Of a stretch of 64,000 nt of DNA, positions 8,258-17,462 are shown in pieces. The DNA is taken from the NCBI GenBank assembly GCA_003154195.1, contig PMCS01000029.1:304960-368959 (forward strand). Direction: 5' to 3'. The translations under genes were made by a program, and so were the position numbers. The notes under the pieces were generated by a model that worked only from the letters and a program-made list of their open reading frames with translations, was not told the DNA's origin and ran no database searches. Numbering within the stretch: position 1 is the stretch's first letter; each line of letters opens with the position of its first letter. Origin of the DNA: Candidatus Omnitrophota bacterium. GTDB lineage: Bacteria > Omnitrophota > Gorgyraeia > Duberdicusellales > 4484-171.

Positions 8258-10336
8258 ATGGCTACCTCTCTTTCTCTCTCCAATATCGGAAAGAATCCTT
8301 TGGTTTTTTCTACCGGCGATTGGGCTAAGCAGGCTGGCGGAGCGGTCAGCGCTTCTCTGGGCGATACTGTTCTTTTAGCTACGGTTTGTATGTCTCAGAC
8401 AGCCAAGGACGAGGGTTTTTTGCCCTTAATCGTCGAGTACCAGGAAAAAACTTACGCCATGGGTAAGATTCCCGGCGGCTATATCAAGCGGGAAGGCCGG
8501 CCTAAAGATAAAGAAATTCTTTGCGCCCGGCTTATTGACCGGCCGCTGCGGCCGCTTTTCCCCCAGGGGTTGACCAACGAAATTCAGATTGTGGTGATGG
8601 TGCTTTCCAGCGACGCTAAGAATGACCCGGATGTTTTAGCGATTAACGCCGCCAGCTGCGCTCTCCTCATTTCTGATATACCCTTTGACAATCCCGTCGG
8701 CGCGGTGCGCGTCGTAAAAGTCGATAACGATTTTATCGTTAATCCTACCTATGAGGAAAGAGGAAAATCTTCTTTAGAATTAGTCGTGGTCGGTACGCGC
8801 GATAAAATCGTGATGCTGGAAGGATGCTGTAAAGAAGTCAGCGAAGAAGATACTTTGGCAGCAATCAAGATTGCTCAGCCGCTTATAAAGGAAATCGTAG
8901 ATATTCAAGAGAAATTAAGACAGAATATCGGGAAGAAAAAACGAGAAGTTACCCTTTCCGTGCCCAATAAAGATATCTATAATTTAATAAAGGATAAAGT
9001 ATACGCGAAATTAGAAGGCATTTACGGCTTGGTGGGGAAAGAGGAGAGGGAAAGCGCGGTTGCCGGCGCGCTTAAATCCATCAGCGAAGAGATTTTAAAA
9101 GAGGATTCCCCGTTTACGGCGGAGGATATCGAACAGGTATTTTTCGCTTTAGAAGAAGAATTTTTCCGTCATAAAATAATCAACGAGGACAAGCGTCCGG
9201 ATTCCCGGTCGTTAAAAGATATCCGGGCGATTGATTGTAAGGTAAGAGTTTTGCCGCGCACGCACGGCTCGGCGGTATTTACCCGGGGGCAGACCCAGTC
9301 TTTAGCGATCACTACCCTGGGGACAACTTCCGATGCCCAGACTATCGAAGCGTTAGATGGAGTAAAGTCGGTGCATTTTATGCTTCACTACGCTTTCCCG
9401 CCCTTCAGCACCGGCGAAATCAAGATGATGCGAGGGCCGTCGCGCCGCGATATCGGCCACGGGGCCCTGGCGGAAAAAGCTTTAGTCAATATGATTCCTT
9501 CCAAGGATGTTTTTCCTTACACGATAAGAGTCGTTTCGGAGATTTTAGAGTCCAACGGTTCTTCCAGTATGGCGACAGTCTGTGCTACAACACTTTCCCT
9601 GATGGATGCCGGTGTGCCGATCAAAGAGCCGGTTGCCGGGATTGCCCTGGGGTTAGTCTCTGATGGCGATAAATATAAGATTCTTACCGATATTGCCGGT
9701 GTCGAAGACCACTGCGGCGATATGGATTTTAAAGTCGCCGGCACCAAAAACGGCATAACCGCGATACAACTGGATATCAAGATAAACGGTTTGACTTTTA
9801 AGATTATCGAAGACGGTTTACAGAGAGCAAAAGAAGCCCGGATGTATATTTTAGAAAAAATGAAAGAGGCGCTTTCTTTGCCGCGCGAAACGATTTCCCA
9901 GTATGCTCCTAAAATAAGGTCGATTAAGATCGATATCGAAAGAATCGGAAGCGTGATCGGGCCGGGCGGTAAGTTTATCCGCAAGATTCTCAGGGATTAT
10001 AACGTAAATATCGATATCGACGATGAAACCGGCATGGTTTCAATTGTCGCCGAGGATGAAGCGTCGCTGGAAAAAGCCGCGGCTCAGGTAACCGCTCTGG
10101 CCAGGGATATCGAGCCGGGGGATATTTATGACGCCAAGGTCGTTAAATTGATGAATTTCGGGGCGTTTTGTGAAATAGTCCCCGGCAAACAAGGCCTCGT
10201 CCACGTATCAGAAATCGCCGATACCTACGTTAAAGACGTAACCCAGTATTTAAAAGAAGGCGATATCGTAAAGGTAAAAGTTACCGGTATCGACGCGCAG
10301 GGAAAAATCAGCCTGAGCATAAAACAAGCACGATGA
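8258..10336 (+). CDS. pnp: Polyribonucleotide nucleotidyltransferase
   Basis: GKIPGG, RTHGSAVFTRGQTQ, ESNGSSSMA, GDMDFKVAG, KH and S1 domains. Confidence 0.98.
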   Translation: MATSLSLSNIGKNPLVFSTGDWAKQAGGAVSASLGDTVLLATVCMSQTAKDEGFLPLIVEYQEKTYAMGKIPGGYIKREGRPKDKEILCARLIDRPLRPLFPQGLTNEIQIVVMVLSSDAKNDPDVLAINAASCALLISDIPFDNPVGAVRVVKVDNDFIVNPTYEERGKSSLELVVVGTRDKIVMLEGCCKEVSEEDTLAAIKIAQPLIKEIVDIQEKLRQNIGKKKREVTLSVPNKDIYNLIKDKVYAKLEGIYGLVGKEERESAVAGALKSISEEILKEDSPFTAEDIEQVFFALEEEFFRHKIINEDKRPDSRSLKDIRAIDCKVRVLPRTHGSAVFTRGQTQSLAITTLGTTSDAQTIEALDGVKSVHFMLHYAFPPFSTGEIKMMRGPSRRDIGHGALAEKALVNMIPSKDVFPYTIRVVSEILESNGSSSMATVCATTLSLMDAGVPIKEPVAGIALGLVSDGDKYKILTDIAGVEDHCGDMDFKVAGTKNGITAIQLDIKINGLTFKIIEDGLQRAKEARMYILEKMKEALSLPRETISQYAPKIRSIKIDIERIGSVIGPGGKFIRKILRDYNVNIDIDDETGMVSIVAEDEASLEKAAAQVTALARDIEPGDIYDAKVVKLMNFGAFCEIVPGKQGLVHVSEIADTYVKDVTQYLKEGDIVKVKVTGIDAQGKISLSIKQAR

Positions 10337-12591
10337 AACAACTCTCTTCTTTTTTGAAGAGCGCTTATCTTCTTTTTGCCGCCGCCATTATCTTTCTAAG
10401 CCTGATTTCCTATTCGCCGCTCGACATCCCATTTTTAACTTATCCCACTCCGTTAAAAGTAAATAATCTGATTGGCGTTTGGGGAGGCTATTTAGCTTGT
10501 ACCCTTCGTTTTCTTTTCGGCTATGCCGCCTATTTTTTGCCGTTTTACCTTTTTTTCTTAGGCATAGCGTTTTTGGGAAAGGTTCGTTTTCATGGCCTGG
10601 CGAAGAGCCGGACAATGAGCATCTTTTCGTTTTTATTTTTTATTACATTTTTGGCGACGTTGATCGCGGTTTTCTTTGAAGGTAGAAACGCGGTTTTTGA
10701 AGCCGGCGGCCTGGCGGGATTTTTGCTTGCGGATTTTTTTAAGAAATACTTAGGGTTCTACGGCCTGGTGATTACTTCAACCTTTATTCTGGTGATTACG
10801 GCGATATTGCTGTTCGGGTTTTTCTTTGTAGATTTATTAGCGCTGGCCAAAGAAATAATCGCTGAAATTTCCGCAAGATGGGCTGATCGGAAAAACAAAA
10901 AGGAAGAAGGCGGCAAGGTAAAGCCGATAAAAATTTTCGATAAAAAACCGCAAGCGCCGGATAAGCGGGAAGAGAAACAAAAAATTACCCCGGCGGCGAT
11001 AAATAAAACGGAAGTAAAACCGGAAATCAAAGTCTACGCGCCCAAGGTTCCGGAGGCGGTAAAGCCGGCCGTCGGGCAAAACGCTCTTGCTAAAGAAAAA
11101 GTAGTAAATCCCGATGAAATTAAAAAGAAAATCGAAGCTTTGGAGAGCGGCATCAAAAATAAATTCGACCCGGCAACTTATAAATTGCCGGAAATAAGCC
11201 TCCTGAAGGTCCCGCCGCACCTTGATTACCGCGAGGTCAAGGAAGATATTGAGGCGAGCATCAAGAATCTGGAAGAAACGCTTCTGGAATTCGGCGTGGA
11301 AGCGAAAGTGGTAAGCGTGCAAAAGGGCCCGGTAGTCACGATGTATGAACTGGAGCCCTCGGCCGGCGTAAAAATACAAAAAATTTCCGCCCTGGCCGAC
11401 GATATCGCCCTGGCGATGAAGTCATCGAGCGTGCGCATTGTCGCGCCGATCCCCGGAAGAGGCACGATCGGCGTGGAAGTCCCCAATGAAAAAAAACACC
11501 TCGTTTATTTAAGGGAAGTCCTGGAAGAGAAGACCTTTATCGAAGCGGCCTCGAAACTTACCATATCAATCGGCAAGGATGTTTCCGGCAATTGCGTCGT
11601 TGCGGATTTAAAAGATATGCCGCATCTTTTGATTGCCGGGGCTACCGGCTCGGGGAAGACGGTTTGTGTCAATTCTTTGATTACCTCTGTGCTTTTTAAA
11701 GCTAAACCCGATGAGGTTAAGTTTATCCTGGTCGATCCCAAGATGGTAGAGCTCGCTCCTTTTGCCGGCATCCCCCATCTGATTCATCCGATAATCTCCG
11801 ATTCGAAAAAAGCTTTTGCCGCCCTGAATTGGGCGGTGGGAGAGATGGAGCGCCGTTATAAGATACTGGCGGCCGAGGGCGTGCGCAATATCGATAGCTA
11901 TAATAAAGGAGTAAAAAAACTGCCTTATATAATTATCGTTATTGATGAACTGGCGGATTTAATGTTGGTGGCGCGAGAGAACGTCGAAACTTCGATTCAA
12001 CGCCTGGCGCAATTATCCCGTGCAGTCGGAATTCATTTAATATTGGCCACCCAAAGGCCGTCGGTTGATGTAATCACCGGGGTTATCAAAGCTAATTTTC
12101 CGGCGCGGATATCCTTTAAAGTTTCGGCAAAAGTTGATTCGCGCACGATTCTTGATGCCATGGGCGCCGATAAACTTTTAGGTAAGGGCGATTTGTTATT
12201 TTTAAAGCCGGGGGCGATAAAAATAATACGGGCGCAAGGTTCTTTTATTGATGACGAAGATATAGATAATCTTACTGATTTTATCAGAAAGCAAGGCGGC
12301 CCGGTTTATGAAGATGGGATTGTCGAGGCGGAAAAAAAGAATATTCTGGACATCGAGGGCGATGAGTTATATGATGAAGCGGTAAAAGTTGTGATGCAGT
12401 CGCGTCAGGCTTCCGCTTCAATATTACAGCGGCGGATGCGCGTGGGGTACACCCGGGCAGCCCGGCTTCTGGATTTAATGGAGCAAAAAGGAGTAGTGGG
12501 GCCGTTTTGTGGCAGCAAAGCCCGGGAAATTCTCCTCGACCCGGAAGGTTACCTTCAAGCGGATTCACAAGCCAAAGAGGAAGGGATATGA
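10333..12591 (+). CDS. ftsK: DNA translocase FtsK/SpoIIIE
   Basis: N-terminal TM domain, PHLLIAGATGSGKT, DELADLM, ATQRPSVDV, gamma domain RVGYTRAARL. Confidence 0.97.
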   Translation: MKQLSSFLKSAYLLFAAAIIFLSLISYSPLDIPFLTYPTPLKVNNLIGVWGGYLACTLRFLFGYAAYFLPFYLFFLGIAFLGKVRFHGLAKSRTMSIFSFLFFITFLATLIAVFFEGRNAVFEAGGLAGFLLADFFKKYLGFYGLVITSTFILVITAILLFGFFFVDLLALAKEIIAEISARWADRKNKKEEGGKVKPIKIFDKKPQAPDKREEKQKITPAAINKTEVKPEIKVYAPKVPEAVKPAVGQNALAKEKVVNPDEIKKKIEALESGIKNKFDPATYKLPEISLLKVPPHLDYREVKEDIEASIKNLEETLLEFGVEAKVVSVQKGPVVTMYELEPSAGVKIQKISALADDIALAMKSSSVRIVAPIPGRGTIGVEVPNEKKHLVYLREVLEEKTFIEAASKLTISIGKDVSGNCVVADLKDMPHLLIAGATGSGKTVCVNSLITSVLFKAKPDEVKFILVDPKMVELAPFAGIPHLIHPIISDSKKAFAALNWAVGEMERRYKILAAEGVRNIDSYNKGVKKLPYIIIVIDELADLMLVARENVETSIQRLAQLSRAVGIHLILATQRPSVDVITGVIKANFPARISFKVSAKVDSRTILDAMGADKLLGKGDLLFLKPGAIKIIRAQGSFIDDEDIDNLTDFIRKQGGPVYEDGIVEAEKKNILDIEGDELYDEAVKVVMQSRQASASILQRRMRVGYTRAARLLDLMEQKGVVGPFCGSKAREILLDPEGYLQADSQAKEEGI

Positions 12592-12614
12592 AGGCAATCC
12601 ATTAAAACCTAAAA

Positions 12615-12775
12615 TTTACCACGAAGGCACAAAGACACAAAGAAGATTAAGAATTATATTTTTCTTTTTTGTTGTTCTTGGTGACTCCGTCCCCTTCGGG
12701 GAGGCTTCGCTTCGCTGCGCACTGTCTTGGTGACAAAGTTTTCGGCTCTATTTTTTAGTGACTTAGTGGTGGAAT
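12615..12775. repeat. Inverted short-period repeats with nested CCCCTTCGGGG element
   Basis: accacgaaggcacaaagacacaaag ... cttggtgactcc[gtccccttcggggaggcttcgcttcgctgcgcactg]tcttggtgac ... ttagtgacttagtggtg. Confidence 0.65.
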
Positions 12776-12792
12776 CTTTACGGTTTGAAAAT

Positions 12793-13752
12793 ATGCTTGA
12801 AGAATTTTGCAAACAATTAAAAGAGAAACGCGAAGAATCAGGCTACAGCATCGAAGATGTCGTGGAAAAAACAAAACTGTATCCGGTGGCCATTCGCGAT
12901 ATCGAAGATGGCAATCTGGAAAATATAAGCCCGATTTATTTAAAGGGATTTATAAAGATTTACGCCTCTTTTCTGGGTATCGACGCAACTCAGGCCTTAA
13001 AAGATGTATCTTCGGTCAAACCCAAGCCCAAGCCTTCTTTTTTTAAGAAATTAAAAAACGATAATTTACCGAAGAAAGATACCGTAGCGCCGCCTGTTTC
13101 GGAGAAAAAAAATGCAATTGGGGAATCCGTGGTTATCGAAAAGCCGGTTGCGCCGCAAAAAAACCAGGCTGATTTTCCGGCCGTAGAGACAAAAAAATTA
13201 ACGGTTCTTTTAATCCTGGCAGTTATTTTAATGATCGGCGCGGTTTCCTTCAGCCGGTTTATCATCAAAGCAAAAGACAGCCGCCGCCGCAAACAAATCG
13301 TCGCGGAGCAGGCCGCCGGGGATGAACCGGGAGCGTTAAAGAAGGTAACGGCTAAAGAAGCGAAAAAGAACGCGCGGGATAAAATAAAGAAACCTTTGCC
13401 GAAAAACGGCGCGCTGAAAAGACATAAAAAGGAAATAAAAAACGAAGTGATGTCGCCCCGGATAAATTTAGGAAAAGATTTTTCCCAAACCGCTGAAATG
13501 ACGGTTTCCCTGACCGCTAAAAAAAATTGTTTTATTAAAGTAAAAAGCGACGGCAAACTTCTTTTTGAAGGAATCTTAAAAAAGGGAGTCGTGGAAAGCT
13601 GGCGCGGCCATAAGGTAATTGATTTGAAGACCAGCGACGGTTCGGCTTTATATATCGAATTGAACGGCCGGCCGCTTCCCGTTTTAACCGCAATGCACAA
13701 ACCCATTAAAAGCCTCAAAATCACTCCTGCCGGGATTTCTGTGGACAAATGA
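12793..13752 (+). CDS. rodZ: RodZ-like protein (HTH_25 + TM + DUF4115)
   Basis: LKEKREESGYSIEDV...YLKGFIKIYASFLGID, one TM, C-terminal DUF4115-like domain; ftsK-rodZ-rimO context. Confidence 0.8.
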   Translation: MLEEFCKQLKEKREESGYSIEDVVEKTKLYPVAIRDIEDGNLENISPIYLKGFIKIYASFLGIDATQALKDVSSVKPKPKPSFFKKLKNDNLPKKDTVAPPVSEKKNAIGESVVIEKPVAPQKNQADFPAVETKKLTVLLILAVILMIGAVSFSRFIIKAKDSRRRKQIVAEQAAGDEPGALKKVTAKEAKKNARDKIKKPLPKNGALKRHKKEIKNEVMSPRINLGKDFSQTAEMTVSLTAKKNCFIKVKSDGKLLFEGILKKGVVESWRGHKVIDLKTSDGSALYIELNGRPLPVLTAMHKPIKSLKITPAGISVDK

Positions 13753-13783
13753 TTATTTTTACGAAGTAAAAATAATCATCATT

Positions 13784-13815
13784 CCAAAAAATGCGTTTGA
13801 AAACGCATTTTTTGG
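13784..13815. repeat. Perfect inverted repeat (15-bp arms)
   Basis: CCAAAAAATGCGTTT-ga-AAACGCATTTTTTGG. Confidence 0.7.
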
Positions 13816-13865
13816 GTAAAGAGACGGAACACCCACACCGGCGAATTAGCCGTACAAAAAAATGA

Positions 13866-13893
13866 TTGACAAATAAGACCGTAGGAGTAAAGT
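13866..13893 (+). promoter_or_regulatory. Putative sigma70 promoter
   Basis: TTGACA-N16-TAAAGT. Confidence 0.5.
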
Positions 13894-13899
13894 AAGGTT

Positions 13900-14046
13900 A
13901 CAATTTGGCGTGGTGCAGTTTGAAGGAGTAAATCCGCCACGTTCCGCCAAGAGCGGACCAGCCTGTAAAAAACATCAAGGAAGCTGGAAAACAACAAAAA
14001 CCTTCGTTTGATTGTGCACGGTACAATTAGGCGAAGGTTTTTTTAT
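13900..14046 (+). ncRNA. Candidate structured small RNA/leader ending in an intrinsic terminator
   Basis: Three consecutive hairpins (ggcgtgg/ccacgtt, ccgc/gcgg, ccagc/gctgg) after a promoter, then a long G-U-containing stem and T-tract; no family recognised. Confidence 0.35.
13996..14046 (+). terminator. Intrinsic terminator-like long hairpin
   Basis: AAAAACCTTCGTTTGATTGTGC-acg-GTACAATTAGGCGAAGGTTTTTTT. Confidence 0.65.
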
Positions 14047-14053
14047 TTTCTTT

Positions 14054-14184
14054 GCAATTATTTGGGTTTATTCTTTGCAGAGAAAATGACCCGCCGACGA
14101 ATTGTGGCGGGTATATATGCCCGCAGTTGTATAGGCTTATTCCTTGCAGGTAAAATTACCCGTCAAAGGGTTGCGGCGGGTTAT
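14054..14184 (+). repeat. Two diverged 69-nt direct repeats, each with an ACCCG..CGGGT hairpin
   Basis: gcaattatttgggtttattctttgcagagaaaatgacccgccgacgaattgtggcgggta versus gcagttgtataggcttattccttgcaggtaaaattacccgtcaaagggttgcggcgggtt. Confidence 0.75.
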
Positions 14185-14221
14185 TTAGAGGTGAGGACGA
14201 ACAAATAGGTTTATAGGGAAA

Positions 14222-14252
14222 AATTGGAAGTCACAGATTGCGACTTCCAATT
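14222..14252. repeat. Orphan palindrome resembling the ORF6N coding hairpin
   Basis: AATTGGAAGTC-acagattgc-GACTTCCAATT; reads NWKSQIATSN (cf. NLRCQIGTSS in ORF6N at 1494-1524). Confidence 0.7.
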
Positions 14253-14276
14253 AAAATAAAGACAGGAGAATGATAT

Positions 14277-15350
14277 ATGAAACTTGAGTTAAGGCATGAC
14301 GGGAATTATATAAAATGGTTGGCGGCTATCAAGCTCAAAATTCGACAAGTACAGCTTAAGGCGGCGGTAAAAGTAAATACCGAACTTTTAACTTTTTATT
14401 GGGAACTCGGGGTGGATATTGTACAAAAACAAGCTGAAGCAAAATGGGGCGATGGTTTAATCGGGCAATTAAGCAAGGATCTATCTGCTGAATTTCCCGA
14501 TATAAAAGGTTTCTCTCGAACAAACCTCTTATATATCCGTCAATGGTATATGTTTTATTTCGAAAATTTTAAGAAAATCCCACAGGCTGTGGGACAAATG
14601 AGTAATGCATTTGTTAAAGAAATTTTTCAGGTTCCCTGGGGGCATAATAGAGAAATTGTCGCCAAATGTAAAACATTAGAAGAAGCTGTTTTTTATGTTC
14701 GTAATACAATCAAACACAATTGGAGCCGCGCGGTATTAGTGCATCAGATAGAATGGGGGCTTTTCCGCAGAGAGGGAAAAGCTGTCAATAATTTTGCGTT
14801 GACGTTGCCGAAGCCTCATTCGGATTTAGCTATGCAAACTCTCAATGACCCGTATATTTTTGACTTCTTGGCTATGACAAAAGATTATGACGAGAGAGAA
14901 CTGGAAAAGGCTTTGACTGGGCATATAACAACATTCTTATTGGAATTGGGTACCGGTTTTGCTTATGTGGGCCGGCAAATCCCGCTGCATGTTGGTGAAA
15001 GTGAATTTTTTATAGATTTGCTTTTTTATCATTTAAAGCTCCGTTGTTATGTGGTGATAGAGTTGAAAACGGTAGCGTTTCAGCCGGAGTTTGCCGGCAA
15101 ATTGAATTTCTACGTAACGGCCGTGGACCGTCGGTTGCGGAATGAATTAGACCGGCAAACGATTGGTATCTTCATATGTAAAACAAAAGATAAAGTCGTA
15201 GCCGAATACTCTTTAAGCGATATCAAAAAGCCCCTCGGCATTTCTGAATACCGCTTAACACAATCTCTGCCGAAGAAGTTTAAGTCAAGCTTGCCTTCGA
15301 TTCAGGAGATTAAGGCAGGGTTGAGTGGAGATGGAAACAAGGAAAAATGA
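14277..15350 (+). CDS. DUF1016 / YhcG family PD-(D/E)XK nuclease domain protein
   Basis: VNTELLTFYWELG, KGFSRTNL, VPWGHN, DPYIFDFL, LLELGTGFAYVGRQ, IDLLFYHLKLRCYVVIELK. Confidence 0.95.
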   Translation: MKLELRHDGNYIKWLAAIKLKIRQVQLKAAVKVNTELLTFYWELGVDIVQKQAEAKWGDGLIGQLSKDLSAEFPDIKGFSRTNLLYIRQWYMFYFENFKKIPQAVGQMSNAFVKEIFQVPWGHNREIVAKCKTLEEAVFYVRNTIKHNWSRAVLVHQIEWGLFRREGKAVNNFALTLPKPHSDLAMQTLNDPYIFDFLAMTKDYDERELEKALTGHITTFLLELGTGFAYVGRQIPLHVGESEFFIDLLFYHLKLRCYVVIELKTVAFQPEFAGKLNFYVTAVDRRLRNELDRQTIGIFICKTKDKVVAEYSLSDIKKPLGISEYRLTQSLPKKFKSSLPSIQEIKAGLSGDGNKEK

Positions 15351-15368
15351 ACATATTGAAAAGGCGTT

Positions 15369-15540
15369 AATTATGGCGAATTCGCCATATTAAAAAATGA
15401 AGCTACTGACAAAACATAAAGGATTGAGGCGGTTGGAATAAAGCTATTTAAAACTCCAACAACTTGTTGGAGAAATTAACTGGAAAAATATCTGCCCATT
15501 ATGCAAGGAGCTGATAGACCCATTGGAATGGTTTTTTATG
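15369..15540 (+). pseudogene. Short decayed fragments resembling KilA-N (NYGEFAILKNEA) and DUF1016 (KLQQLVGEINW...) hairpin regions
   Basis: Palindromes TATGGCGAATTCGCCATA (15372-15389) and CTCCAACAA-c-TTGTTGGAG (15454-15472); family match recalled, not searched. Confidence 0.45.
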
Positions 15541-15668
15541 AACAGTTTTGAGTTTGTTGAGGTGAGCTTGAAGCAGTCGTTAGGGTTTACCAGAAAAAAA
15601 TTTTAACAACGAATATCGCAAATCGCGCGAATGTTTCTTTCGATGGGATGGAGCAGGAAGGCGGGGAA

Positions 15669-15914
15669 TTAAGTGAGCTGTCCCCCGAATCCCCCGATTG
15701 TTTCCTCTTCGCGCAGCCAATAAGAAAACCCCGCCGGTTTTTTGTTTACCCGGAGTACGTCGATTTTCGTATGAGGGATATTGAGCGATTCTATTGCATC
15801 CTTGAGGGAAGGGGTACCTTTAACCTGACAGGATAATCCTTTTGCGCAACGGTTCTTTGGTAAAAATATCTTAAGATTGCCGTGGAAACGAAATTTTACC
15901 GTAATTTCGTCCAT
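15669..15914 (-). CDS. Ub-Mut7C ubiquitin-like domain protein lacking the Mut7-C RNase domain (possibly truncated)
   Basis: FRFHGNLKIFLP...PSLKDAIESLNIPHTKIDVLRVN. Confidence 0.65.
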   Translation of the reverse strand: MDEITVKFRFHGNLKIFLPKNRCAKGLSCQVKGTPSLKDAIESLNIPHTKIDVLRVNKKPAGFSYWLREEETIGGFGGQLT

Positions 15915-17149
15915 CGTAATTTTGCTGCCCCCATGCCGGCTTCATGGTTAATTCCCGGGTCGCTGACACGGCCCATGAATAAAATCGTATTCGTAGTGTT
16001 ATCTTTAATCACAAAAATAAAAGGGTGGTCGGCTTGAAAAAACACCGATTCCGAATCCGTGTGCATTAACGCTTCTCCTGTGGCTGCGGCAGCTTCGGTA
16101 CCTTCCTCGTTAACTTCCACAAAAGCCTTGTGAAAAATATCACCGATATATAGAACGCCTTTCTCCACATTAGCCATACCGCTGAAATCAGCCCTTGTAT
16201 TGCTGAAAGTTTCTTTCATGCCCAAGGATACCAGGGATTTTTTTAAGGGAATTTCTGGGGCAGTTTTGAATTTAGGCAGGTAAACTATTACTTTTCGGGA
16301 ATCAGGCAAAGTGATTAAATCATTCAACTTGCCGGAATCTAAAGCATTTTCCACCGCATTAATGCCGTTTTTTTCTTTGGGTAAAATCACCACCATCGAT
16401 AATTTTTCGCCCCGGTAAGGCAGGGCCAATATCTGGACGTCATTGGTTTCTTTGTAGGCGTACTCTCTGTTTTGGGTCATCATTGTTGCGTTTATGGGAT
16501 TATCCGGGGTCAAGTAAAAAGGCATGTCTTTGGTATCTTCTTTTTTGAATTCCGCGGCCCACTTGCCTTTGAAATAAATAGCGTTGGTTAAAACCAGGTG
16601 GGCTTGGTCATTCAGAGATCCCCCCGGCAGTAAATCTTTGATGCGTCGTTTAGTTTTTTCTTCTACCCAGGAGTTGATGCGTATCCTTACTTGTTCATAG
16701 TCATGTTTAAAATCTACCTTTTCCAGGGCATTGGCGTAGTTAATTTTAACCAACTCGAGATATTGGTGGTAAAAATCAAACGACTGTTCCGCCCAAAGCG
16801 AGTTGGCGATATTCAACTCGATATCGCCGAAAGCGGCAGCTTGATTGAGCGTCTCGTTTAAGGCTTTAAAGCCGGGGTGGATATTCTGGCCGCAAGCGTA
16901 GTGCATTACTCCGGCGATTTCCTCCGCCGTGGTAGTTTTTGCTCCGGCATAAGCCATGGCCATGCAGCCGGAGATACTGTAGGGAGAAAAGAAGATATTG
17001 CCGGGTTCACTCCGGGCTTGGTTATATAAATCCAAGGCAAAAGCGTTGATGGCTTGGCCGGCGTCTTTAGCCGTCGCGCTTTGCGCCGGAGCTGAAGGGC
17101 AAAATAAAAGAAACATTGCGGCTAATGCGCCCAAGGTTTTATTTTTCAT
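15896..17149 (-). CDS. Secreted serpin
   Basis: Signal peptide; NIFFSPYSI, NAIYFKGKW, hinge EEGTEAAAAT, ADHPFIFVI, ILFMGRV. Confidence 0.95.
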   Translation of the reverse strand: MKNKTLGALAAMFLLFCPSAPAQSATAKDAGQAINAFALDLYNQARSEPGNIFFSPYSISGCMAMAYAGAKTTTAEEIAGVMHYACGQNIHPGFKALNETLNQAAAFGDIELNIANSLWAEQSFDFYHQYLELVKINYANALEKVDFKHDYEQVRIRINSWVEEKTKRRIKDLLPGGSLNDQAHLVLTNAIYFKGKWAAEFKKEDTKDMPFYLTPDNPINATMMTQNREYAYKETNDVQILALPYRGEKLSMVVILPKEKNGINAVENALDSGKLNDLITLPDSRKVIVYLPKFKTAPEIPLKKSLVSLGMKETFSNTRADFSGMANVEKGVLYIGDIFHKAFVEVNEEGTEAAAATGEALMHTDSESVFFQADHPFIFVIKDNTTNTILFMGRVSDPGINHEAGMGAAKLRWTKLR

Positions 17150-17462
17150 AGAGTTACCCCTTTTATCATTGCAGCATGTGAAGGATACCGTTTCCCAGAA
17201 AAGATTATTATCACACTTTTTTTTGGGCAGACAATAATTTTCTTTGCCCCTGATTATTTCGCGGCAAGCCGCGAAAGAATCAGAATTAAAAATTTTTAGA
17301 AGCCGATTGGCGGCATTTTGGGTTAAAATAACCTAAAAACAAGCGTATTGGTATGCTATAATATTAACCGGAAATTAGAAAATTATCTTATCTGAGATCC
17401 CGCAGCCTGTGGCTTCGGGATCAAGGAAAATATGCCTGAAAGGCAGATTTTTCTTGAATAAT

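Noticed and set aside
12727-12792. Upstream GTG start for rodZ
   Set aside because: Falls within repeat DNA; the HTH domain begins at ATG 12793. Similar over-extended starts were trimmed for rimO, ferritin, thpR, the TMTCs and the radical SAM gene
12990-13748. 252-aa antisense ORF
   Set aside because: Shadow of rodZ with no recognisable motifs; the same applies to the other antisense ORFs inside long genes
14008-14208. 66-aa ORF with an internal peptide duplication
   Set aside because: Starts inside a terminator stem without an RBS; the duplication is explained by the 69-nt DNA repeat
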